A stretch of 64,000 nucleotides of DNA from an uncultured Planctomycetaceae bacterium (lineage in GTDB: Bacteria; Planctomycetota; Planctomycetia; Planctomycetales; Planctomycetaceae), in the NCBI GenBank assembly GCA_963815195.1, contig CAWFGE010000017.1, positions 1 to 64,000 of the forward strand, in the 5' to 3' direction. Under the pieces are notes generated by a model that worked only from the letters and a program-made list of their open reading frames with translations, was not told the DNA's origin and did not search any database. A program made the position numbers and the translations under genes. Positions 56,431 to 64,000 of the stretch are shown one piece after another; position 1 is the stretch's first letter, and every line of letters starts with the position of its first letter.

Positions 56431-58138
56431 TTACTTCGCCTGGAACAAGGCTTCTGAAAGGTCGTCTCGTTCTTTATAGGGGCGATATTTGTAGTACCAT
56501 TCGCCCCACTTCTCTTTCGAGCTGCTTCCGCCACTGGGCGACTGCGGCGTCTTTGGCTTTCTGGTCCGCCGAGGCGGGAACCTTCTCGAACGGGGTTTCG
56601 GGAAGATGAAAACCCAACGGTTTGCGGCTGAGCGTGCACAGGGCGTTGCGGGCTTCGACCATCACGTCCACGTTGTTGTCGTCCAAGGCCTCGATGAGCA
56701 ACTTGGCCATTCCCAGATCCTCCGTGCGGCCGAGCGCCCAAATGGCGGTCCGCCGGACTTCCACATTCGGATGCTTCGCGAGCTTGACCAACCGGTCCTT
56801 CTGTTTGATCAACTCCTCGCGGTCCCCCAGTTGCACCTGCTCGACGATGGCCTCCTGCGCGGCGGCGACATCCACCGTTTCCACTTTTTCCAACTCTTGG
56901 AGCAACTCGTCGATCGGGCCCAAATCTTTCTTGCTCTCGACTTTGCCGTCCTTGAGGATCGCCTGGCTGAGGTCGTCGGGCAGTCCGCGTCCGCCAGCGA
57001 GTAGCCCGTTGCCCAACGGATCAAACGGAACGTCGCGGTGCAGGATCTTGGCGGTGGCTTTGGTCAGAAACAGAATCCCGAACGCGGTGGAGGCGATTTC
57101 CCCGGTGGTGGAATTCCACGATCCGTTCTTGGCCTGGCTCGTGACGAGGTACGTCGCCCCTTCGCGGTACCAGTCGTGGTTGGCGATCGTTTGGACGTTC
57201 ATCAAGGCCGCCATCCGCTCGAACGTGTAAAGGTAATACATGTTCCAGCGGCCGGCGGTGATGGTGTACCGGCGGGCGATCCAACCCGCGGCGCGGTTCG
57301 CCGCCGCCGTTAAATTCCCGCTTGTCACGGTGGGGTGATAGTCGTTCGGGTCTTTGACCTTGGTGCCGTCGGGTTTTTCCACGGTGTCCAGATCGACGGA
57401 TTCCAGCACGCCGAATTTCGTGGTGGCGGGTTTTTTGGGTTTCTCGGCAGTTGGGTCCTCGGCGTTGGGATAGAGATGCATTCTCGCCATCAACAGCGAC
57501 CCCACGCCCGCGGCTGTCATCGTGTGGGAGACCGCGGTGTCATCGCCTTGACTTCCAAAGGGGTGATAGGAGTAGCCCCCGTCGCCCGACTGCGTCTTGA
57601 TAAACCAGGCCGCGCCGCGGTCCCAGACCTCGGGCGGGACCTTGATGCCCGACCGCTCGGCCGCCCAGAAGCCGAGCATCGCGTATTGGCATTGGCTCGT
57701 GTCCCCGCCGCGAAACCCGTCCACATAGTCCCAAGACCCGCTGGAGTGCTGGTGCTTGATCAGATACGCCACGATCGCTTCCATTTCCTTGCGGTATTTT
57801 TGCGGGTTGGCGGCTTCGAGGAGCATCATCTCCACGCCCGCGCCGTAAATCCCGTCGGAGCCGGGCTTGTAATTTCCGCCGCCCGCCCGCTTGACAACGT
57901 TGTTCAACACGCCTTGCACCGCGGGGCTGTTCGGCGGATCGCCCGCCTTCAAGAGGGCATACGCCGCCAAACCGCCGTAGCTCGATTCGCTTTCTTGCGC
58001 GACTCGCTGCCGGAGATAGGCCGCGGCGTCCGCCACGGATTTTTTGATCTGGGCACCCGTGACCTGGGCCGACGCCGCTTGGGGAAGGACGCAAACGATG
58101 GCCAATGTGCTCAGAATGAGAAAACGGAAGGTAACCAT
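56431..58138 (-). CDS. Secreted prenyltransferase/squalene-oxidase-repeat + HEAT-repeat protein (frameshift near 56515)
   Basis: QHSSGSWDY, DTSQCQYA, QSGDGGYSY, YYLY.FER, QAKNGSW; HEAT VRRTAIWALG; last residues in another frame to TAA at 56431. Confidence 0.8.
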
Positions 58139-58339
58139 GGTGATCGATCGCTTTGAGAGGAGAAAACACTGTCAAAAAGCTGGATCAGCCGGAACGCGCT
58201 CGCGTCCGATTCGCCCCGCAATAAACCGGGGCTAGCCGCCCTGCGGCTAATTTTTCCAACCTCGTTTTTGTTTTGGCGGAGTATTAGGACGATTTCCAAC
58301 TTCAGTTTATCTCAATCCCAGCCGCCTCGTCAAAGTCGC

Positions 58340-58864
58340 CTACCCGAAGAACGCGTCGGTCAGCCAGTTGATCAACAGCAAGGCGATCAAACAATTCCCG
58401 AACCAGACAGGCCAGCGGGCTTCGGAAATGCCGGTTTTGAGCTCGCGGAGCCGGTAGATGCGATAGGGGATTTGCAGCACGATCGCCAAAGCGAGGATCC
58501 AGCCGATGCGGTGGTAACTGAGCGAAGCTTCCCAATCGCCGCGGGCCAGCGAGAGGATGCTGCGGGTCAATCCGCAGCCGGGGCATTCGACGTTGAACAT
58601 AGCCCGGCTGCCGCACAATTCGGGCAGCGGATAATCTTCCAGCCCCCGAAACGCGACTCGCGTCCCGTCTTGGACCTGCATCAAAAACGCCAGCGCGACC
58701 ACGCTCGCGGAAATCCAGAGCATCGACCCGTGCCGTTTTCGCTGCCAGCGGCGAGTCCGCGCAACGTCGTCCGCATCGTCCAGGATTTCCAGGACTTCCA
58801 GCTCCGCCTCCGCGAGGTGTTCTTCCGCTGGAATGGACGTGGCGATCGAATCGGACATGGTCAT
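58340..58864 (-). CDS. DUF2752-like membrane protein
   Basis: LC..R....ECPGCGLTRS..S...GD...S..YH motif with 3 TM helices; ATGA overlap with the E2 gene. Confidence 0.85.
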   Translation of the reverse strand: MTMSDSIATSIPAEEHLAEAELEVLEILDDADDVARTRRWQRKRHGSMLWISASVVALAFLMQVQDGTRVAFRGLEDYPLPELCGSRAMFNVECPGCGLTRSILSLARGDWEASLSYHRIGWILALAIVLQIPYRIYRLRELKTGISEARWPVWFGNCLIALLLINWLTDAFFG

Positions 58865-59583
58865 CGGATTTCAAATACCCTCATGCACTTCTTGCAGCGA
58901 ACCCGGCGGCCGCGGACCTCGACTTTGACCGCGTAAACGGCACCGCAACCGGGGCAGGCCGTCTGAATGGTCTCGGGAGCCGGCTGCAACACGATGGGGG
59001 CTTCGTCCTCGAAGGTCGAACTCGCGGCGGGAGCCGGGGATCTTCGGGCCGTCGCCCGCGCGCTCGATGCGGCGGCGGGCGGGCGGCTTACCGCGGCCGA
59101 TTCGCCGGCGCCGGCTTTCTCCTCGTCCACCAGAAGGCTCACGCGGTCGAGCGGCAGTTGATCGCGGTTCTCATCGACCCAGCGGGCGGCTTCCCCGTTG
59201 AGCGGGCTTTTCACGTTGTAGCTTTGATAGGCGAGCATCTCGCCGATGCGGGTCACGATCGACTGCAGCGATTCCCCCGCGCTCCAGTGGTCCCCCACGC
59301 AAATCGCGTGCGGGGCGATGTTCGGATGGAACACCGGCGTCAGCATCCGGCACTGCGGCGGCGTGCGCGGATAATTCCGCGGCAACAGAATCTCCACCGT
59401 GTGATCTTTGATCGGCTCCAATTCCCCGTTGACCGACCGCAAGCTGCGAATGCGATATTGCAACTGATACCGCTCGGGCGGATCGCCTTCCGCCTGCAGC
59501 AACGTGATCCGCGGATGCAGCCGGGCGTATTCCTTCAACTTCTGATAATCGGCATTCAGCCGACGCAATCGCACATTGCTCAT
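58861..59583 (-). CDS. Ubiquitin-conjugating enzyme (E2/UBC)-fold protein with C-terminal Zn ribbon
   Basis: RLRRL..DY, LPRNYPRTPP, TPVFHPNI....IC (Cys codon 59299-59301), W, SPLNGEAA; CPGC...CKKC. Confidence 0.9.
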   Translation of the reverse strand: MSNVRLRRLNADYQKLKEYARLHPRITLLQAEGDPPERYQLQYRIRSLRSVNGELEPIKDHTVEILLPRNYPRTPPQCRMLTPVFHPNIAPHAICVGDHWSAGESLQSIVTRIGEMLAYQSYNVKSPLNGEAARWVDENRDQLPLDRVSLLVDEEKAGAGESAAVSRPPAAASSARATARRSPAPAASSTFEDEAPIVLQPAPETIQTACPGCGAVYAVKVEVRGRRVRCKKCMRVFEIR

Positions 59584-60845
59584 TTCTTGGGCGTCTCGAT
59601 TTGTTTCTGAGGCAGGGAAAGATTCCGCGGAAGCAATTCCAAGAGCGTGGGCAGGGAAATGGAAAAGCCCAGGCCCTCCGCCACGCGCTTGTCTCCGGTC
59701 AAGGTGTTGATGCCGATCAGTCGGCCTTGTTTATCGTAAAGTCCGCCGCCGCTGTTGCCGGGATTGAGCGCGGCCGTGCTTTGGAGAATCTTATACACGA
59801 ACCGCCCGCGCTGCCGGCGCCGGATTTGCGAAAGCTGCCCGGCCGAATGCGTCCAGCCCAACCCGTGGGGGTTTCCGATGGCGAACACGTCGTCGCCGAT
59901 GTGCGGATGCTGCTCGGCGTCCCAGTGGGCGACGGCGATGTCCTCGGGATCGAGGTGCGTGGAAAGAATCGCCAAATCGACCCCGTGCGGAGCGACCCAT
60001 TCAATTCTCGCGGGCACCGCCATTTGGGTGACGGTTTGAATCGAAATGTCGGACAGCTCCGACAAATTCGCGGCGGCGGTTTTGGTGTCCTCGGAATAAT
60101 CGTGATCGACGACGTGGCGGTTGGTGACGATCCACGCCACGCCGTCCTTGAGCTTCAAAATCACGCCCGAGCCCATGCCCTGCCTGGCGAATCCCGCGTC
60201 GGAGATCACGATCACGTTTGCCCGCATCGACCGGCCGAGATGCTCGGGCAACTCCTCGATCGAGGCCAGGTCCGGGGCGGCAAATTCCTGGAGCGAAACA
60301 AACCCGTGGTTTTGGCCCATGAAGTGATACATTCCAAAGGCCCAGCCGGCCACGTCCGCCATGCCAATCAGAATGGCGAGCACCCCCATCCACAGCCCGC
60401 GGCGGTTGCTGGTCTGGACGACCAGGGCAATGCAGCCGACGACGATGGCGACCATCCCCGTCACCAGCCCGAACAGCGGAATCCCCAAGAGCGCGATCAC
60501 AAACGCCCAGATCGCCGTGCGGTTCCAGCGTTTGTCCGGGGTCCGCAGGTCGCCCGCATCGAATTCGCTGAACGACCGCGGCGGCGGCAGCGGCTCGGCG
60601 GCGGCGAGTTCGTTGCGGGAAATCGTCAATGTCGAACCGGCGGGGGCCTGCGAACTCTTGCCCGTGGAGCATTCGTAAGAACCGCAGCCGCCTTGCAGAT
60701 TCCAGCAGGACTCGTGGTGGATCGTCCCGCATTTCCGGCAGATGGAGGTGGACTCGCCCAACTCCAACTCGCGCCCGCAGGCTCGGCAGTCCGCACCTGC
60801 TTCCCGGTCACCGGCCGCGACAATTATGGGATTCAAATTTTGCAC
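59580..60845 (-). CDS. Prokaryotic RING + DUF4190-like TM pair + trypsin-like serine protease fusion
   Basis: CRAC-x12-CRKC-x3-HH-x2-CW-x5-C-x4-C; TM helices; triad TNRHVV / DLA / NPGNSGG; start moved downstream of a repeat. Confidence 0.85.
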   Translation of the reverse strand: MQNLNPIIVAAGDREAGADCRACGRELELGESTSICRKCGTIHHESCWNLQGGCGSYECSTGKSSQAPAGSTLTISRNELAAAEPLPPPRSFSEFDAGDLRTPDKRWNRTAIWAFVIALLGIPLFGLVTGMVAIVVGCIALVVQTSNRRGLWMGVLAILIGMADVAGWAFGMYHFMGQNHGFVSLQEFAAPDLASIEELPEHLGRSMRANVIVISDAGFARQGMGSGVILKLKDGVAWIVTNRHVVDHDYSEDTKTAAANLSELSDISIQTVTQMAVPARIEWVAPHGVDLAILSTHLDPEDIAVAHWDAEQHPHIGDDVFAIGNPHGLGWTHSAGQLSQIRRRQRGRFVYKILQSTAALNPGNSGGGLYDKQGRLIGINTLTGDKRVAEGLGFSISLPTLLELLPRNLSLPQKQIETPKK

Positions 60846-60911
60846 GACATTCCTCAAGGGAAAAGTTTCCGTTGGGGCCTCGATCCTTGGAACGTGTTTT
60901 AAATTGCCATT

Positions 60912-60993
60912 GTGAGCGGCTAGCCGCTCGCCGCCGGTCTTGATTTTGTACGTATCCTTCATCGAAACCGGAGGCTAGCGGCTTGCCGCTCAC
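60912..60993. repeat. Family D palindromic repeat between the two RING genes
   Basis: GTGAGCGGCTAGCCGCT / GCTAGCGGCTTGCCGCTCAC; includes the stop codon of 60990-61694. Confidence 0.8.
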
Positions 60994-61694
60994 TTCCCAA
61001 ATACGATGAAAAACACCATGAGTGCGCTGTAGATTCCCGACAGCCCGATCGACACCCATGCCATGATAGCGTAAAGCGGGCTGCATTTGGCTAGTATTTT
61101 TCGGCGGGGCAGGACGTAAATCAAGCCGATCAGGAGAATCAACGGAGCCGCGCAACCGATGAGAGACGCCACAAATAGCGCCGTCACCGACTGTTGCGTC
61201 TTTTCGACGTCCGTTTTGGACTTGGCCTGTTTTCGGAGATCCTTCGTGGTCATCGGATCGACCGACTCGAATTCCTCGTCGCAATACCGGCATTTGAGGG
61301 CGATCGCTTTGATCTCTTCCCCGCACGCCGGGCAGCGTTTGGTGTCGCCCCAGGCCGCGAGCGGCGTTTGGTGGGAGTCTTCGGACTTCTCGACCGCCGG
61401 GGCCTGCTCGCAGCCGTACGTCCCGCAGCCGCCGATCTCTGACCAGCATTCCCGGTGGTGCACCTGATCGCAGCTCGGGCAGGTCACGCAGGCTTCGTCG
61501 GGCGAGATTTCGCTTTGGCAAATGGGGCACGCGGTTTGATGGCCGGCGGAGACCGGCGTGAGCGAGAGCACGCGGGCATCCACCGTCAGCGCCAAACCCG
61601 TCTTGCACCGCGGGCAGCGGAACGTGCGGTTGGTGCGGTCGGCCGGAACCCGAACTTTGGCTCCGCAGTCACAGCTAATGATTTGGGTCGACAT
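60990..61694 (-). CDS. Zn-ribbon + prokaryotic RING + Zn-ribbon protein with two C-terminal TM helices
   Basis: CDC..CPRC; CPIC-x12-CPSC-x3-HH-x2-CW-x5-C-x4-C; CPACGEEI....KCRYC; TM helices. Confidence 0.85.
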   Translation of the reverse strand: MSTQIISCDCGAKVRVPADRTNRTFRCPRCKTGLALTVDARVLSLTPVSAGHQTACPICQSEISPDEACVTCPSCDQVHHRECWSEIGGCGTYGCEQAPAVEKSEDSHQTPLAAWGDTKRCPACGEEIKAIALKCRYCDEEFESVDPMTTKDLRKQAKSKTDVEKTQQSVTALFVASLIGCAAPLILLIGLIYVLPRRKILAKCSPLYAIMAWVSIGLSGIYSALMVFFIVFGK

Positions 61695-61854
61695 GGAGGT
61701 GTTTCAAGGACTTCGCTTCGTTGGTCAATGGCGGTTTTGTCGAGCGGGTGAAGCACAACAGACCCCAATCGCAAAAGGGGGCGGCGCTTCTCCGCCGACG
61801 GAATGTCAAATACAAATCCTACTCTTTTCGATCGCAGGTTTCTTCCCACCCGCA

Positions 61855-62394
61855 TTAGTGCCGGCCCGCCGACTCGATAATGACGCGGATGACTCCCCCC
61901 AGGATGCTGAATAGGAGCGACACGCCGAACATTTTGGCCCCCTTGGGTTTGCCTTGGACCATCCACACGATCCCCAAGATGCAGCCGATCCCGGAGCAGA
62001 GAATCGCCACGACCCAATCGCCGCCGGTCATATCCGCGTCTTCGTCGGCATGGCGGGACCCCGACCGCGACTTCTTGGACCGGCGTTTTAACCCCGGATC
62101 GAAAATCTCCCCGCAATACCGGCACTTGGCGGCTTTGCGCATGATCATTTCGCCGCACGCCGGGCAGGGCTTGCGGTCGCCCTCCTCCGCCGCCGATCCC
62201 GCATTGGGGTCCAGCCCGCCAAAATCGAAATCCCCCCCGCCGCCGACTTCCTCGGCCTCGAAGACATCGTCGGCCGCGGCGGCGGGGATCTGCACCCGCT
62301 CTCCGCAATGGGGGCACTTGGCCATCTTTCCCGCCATCGAGTCTTTCGTTCGCAAGACCGCGCCGCAGGATTCGCAGTTGACAGTAATCGACAC
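61855..62394 (-). CDS. Double Zn-ribbon membrane protein (paralog 1)
   Basis: CESC..CPHC, CPACGEMI....KCRYC, two TM helices; GGAG-like RBS region upstream. Confidence 0.8.
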   Translation of the reverse strand: MSITVNCESCGAVLRTKDSMAGKMAKCPHCGERVQIPAAAADDVFEAEEVGGGGDFDFGGLDPNAGSAAEEGDRKPCPACGEMIMRKAAKCRYCGEIFDPGLKRRSKKSRSGSRHADEDADMTGGDWVVAILCSGIGCILGIVWMVQGKPKGAKMFGVSLLFSILGGVIRVIIESAGRH

Positions 62395-62456
62395 AGGAGG
62401 CCTTTCTCTGACAAGCGGAAATTCAGTTTCTCATGGTCATAAAAACTTCGAGCGGC

Positions 62457-63014
62457 TTAACCTGCTCCTTCGAGGATGGCTCCAATGACGAACCCGATGG
62501 CCCGCCAAATGATTCCCGAAAGAATCGAGAACCCAATCATTTTCGAGCCTTTGGGTTTGCCTTGAATCACATAGACCAGCCCGACGATGCACGCGATCCC
62601 CCCGCAAAAAATCACCAGCAGCCATTCCAATGTGTCCAGATCCTCATCTTCATCTCCGTAACGGGAGCGCGAGCGTTTTCGCGAACTTTTCTTGCGGCGT
62701 TTGAGGGCGGGGTCGAAAATCTCCCCGCAGTACCGGCACTTGGCGGCTTTCCGCATGATCATTTCGCCGCACGCCCGGCAGGGCTTGCGCTCGTCCCGCG
62801 GGACGGTGGCGCCGGCATTGGGGTCGAATCCGCCGAAGTCGAAATCCTCGGCTCCGTCCATCTCTTCCGCTTCGTAAACCTCCTCTTTTTTCGGTTTGGG
62901 AACCGGAATCCGCACGCGCTCCCCGCAGTGAGGGCACTTCGCCGTTTTGCCCGCCATCGACGTCTTCGTTCGCAGAACCGCCTGGCAGGATTTGCACCTT
63001 ACCCGAATAGACAC
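62457..63014 (-). CDS. Double Zn-ribbon membrane protein (paralog 2)
   Basis: CKSC..CPHC, CRACGEMI....KCRYC, two TM helices; GAGAGGAAGG RBS. Confidence 0.8.
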   Translation of the reverse strand: MSIRVRCKSCQAVLRTKTSMAGKTAKCPHCGERVRIPVPKPKKEEVYEAEEMDGAEDFDFGGFDPNAGATVPRDERKPCRACGEMIMRKAAKCRYCGEIFDPALKRRKKSSRKRSRSRYGDEDEDLDTLEWLLVIFCGGIACIVGLVYVIQGKPKGSKMIGFSILSGIIWRAIGFVIGAILEGAG

Positions 63015-63094
63015 ACTCAACCTTCCTCTCGCACGTTGATCGGCGGGATAATCCACCTCTTCAAAAGGATTTCAGGATGATGAGTTTTAGGGGA

Positions 63095-63249
63095 AAATTC
63101 GAAATCCGAATCTCGAAATCCGAAACAAATTCCAATCACCGAAATTCCCATCTCCAAACCCTGAACCGGTTGTGTTTTATGACCCAACGTTGTTTGCAAC
63201 ATTTGGATTTTGAATTTGTTTCGGATTTCGGATTTCGCGCTTCGGATTT
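63095..63249. repeat. Heptamer-based (CGAAATC/GATTTCG) palindromic intergenic element, family F
   Basis: TCGAAATCCGAATCTCGAAATCCGAAACAAATTC / GAATTTGTTTCGGATTTCGGATTTCG. Confidence 0.75.
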
Positions 63250-63256
63250 CCCCCTT

Positions 63257-64000
63257 TTAGGACGTGGTTTCTTTGACGGAGAATTCCAAAACCGTTTTGC
63301 CCAGCACCACCTGGTCGCCGGGCTGGAGTATGTGCCGGGTGATGGGAATCCCGTTGACGTAGGTCCCGTCGGGGGTGTTGCAGTCTTCGATTTCGAAGCG
63401 GCCGCCGCGGTTGGTGACGATCGCGTGCCGGGGTTCGATGGCATCATCTTTGAACAGATACACGTCGGCCTTGGGCGAACTGCCCAGGACGGTGGTGTCT
63501 TTGAACAAGATGAACTGCTTGCCCGCCAGGGGGCCTTTCCGCATGAGCAGCCAGGCGGTCTTGGTCCAGCCTTCGACGAGGCCCACGAACAACCCGACGA
63601 AACAGCCGATCGTCGCAAACCCGACGCCCCGGCTGTAAGTCGCCTGCCCATCGGCGGTGACGAGGACCATGCTGATCGGGTCGAACAGAAACCCGCCCAA
63701 GAGTCCGCCCAACACCGCTCCGACGAGCCCGTTGATAATGACCTTCTTCTCGCGGAGGGCGATGCCCTGGCCGATTCCCGAGGGAATCGATGCCACGCTC
63801 CACGCGGCCGCCCGGCCCATCATCATGATCAACAGCGCGAGTCCCGTGGGCATGGCGTTCGGCTGCGGATTCTTCCAGAAACTCACCGCCAATGTGATCA
63901 TCAAACTGAAGATGATCCCGGTGGGGATGAGCGCGATCAGTCCGCCGAGGAAGCCCACGGCCAAACCGACCATGCCGGATTTGACTGCCCGGAGCGGATT
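63257..64000 (-). CDS. Multi-TM protein with C-terminal FHA-like domain (5' partial)
   Basis: Gly-rich TM helices, then AWL..KGPLAGKQF.L..LGS....D....D..I...HA...GTYVNG..L.PGD; frame is open to the window edge. Confidence 0.85.
   Translation of the reverse strand, partial: NPLRAVKSGMVGLAVGFLGGLIALIPTGIIFSLMITLAVSFWKNPQPNAMPTGLALLIMMMGRAAAWSVASIPSGIGQGIALREKKVIINGLVGAVLGGLLGGFLFDPISMVLVTADGQATYSRGVGFATIGCFVGLFVGLVEGWTKTAWLLMRKGPLAGKQFILFKDTTVLGSSPKADVYLFKDDAIEPRHAIVTNRGGRFEIEDCNTPDGTYVNGIPITRHILQPGDQVVLGKTVLEFSVKETTS

Noticed and set aside
56431..58138. Prenyltransferase/HEAT gene as part of the E2/RING operon
   Set aside because: Separated by about 200 bp containing a repeat, secreted, and a common planctomycete type; linkage cannot be supported from this window
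60846..60962. N-terminal extension of the RING-protease ORF
   Set aside because: Much of it is read through a family D repeat; a downstream GTG start is more plausible
58140..63257. Ubiquitin-like modifier, E1 or JAB gene within the cluster
   Set aside because: No beta-grasp-sized ORF ending in GG, no GxGxxG ThiF motif and no HSH JAB motif found in the ORFs or gaps

Overview
High-GC chromosomal window from a planctomycete: the 16S rRNA gene carries exact Pla46, PLA886 and EUB338-II target sites. It opens with a minus-strand 16S rRNA gene, followed by typical planctomycete genes: CRTAC1/ASPIC, nadE, LysM, a Ser/Thr kinase, an FHA-GAF histidine kinase, rsmD, cstA, ispH, a B12 radical SAM enzyme, four Gfo/Idh/MocA oxidoreductases, a DUF1592/DUF1552 pair and prenyltransferase-repeat proteins. 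The most striking region is the right end (about 58.3-64 kb). It is a co-oriented, partly translationally coupled cluster encoding an E2 (UBC)-fold protein with an intact HPN...C active site, two membrane-anchored prokaryotic RING proteins (one fused to a trypsin-like protease), two paralogous Zn-ribbon membrane proteins, a DUF2752-like protein and a multi-TM FHA protein that runs off the window edge. This is a candidate membrane-associated bacterial ubiquitination-like system; no Ubl, E1 or JAB gene is visible in the window. Other notable loci are an EhpF/GriC-like plus GriD-like putative carboxylate reductase pair interrupted by a repeat-flanked GxxExxY gene, an ABC-ATPase plus TOPRIM-like (DUF4276) cassette bracketed by two copies of an oxidoreductase 3' end, a tRNA-bounded islet with a half tRNA-Phe and an IS3 remnant, and at least six families of palindromic intergenic repeats. 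About 13 genes show single-base frameshifts, most likely sequencing or assembly indels. All family assignments come from motif recognition by eye, not database searches.
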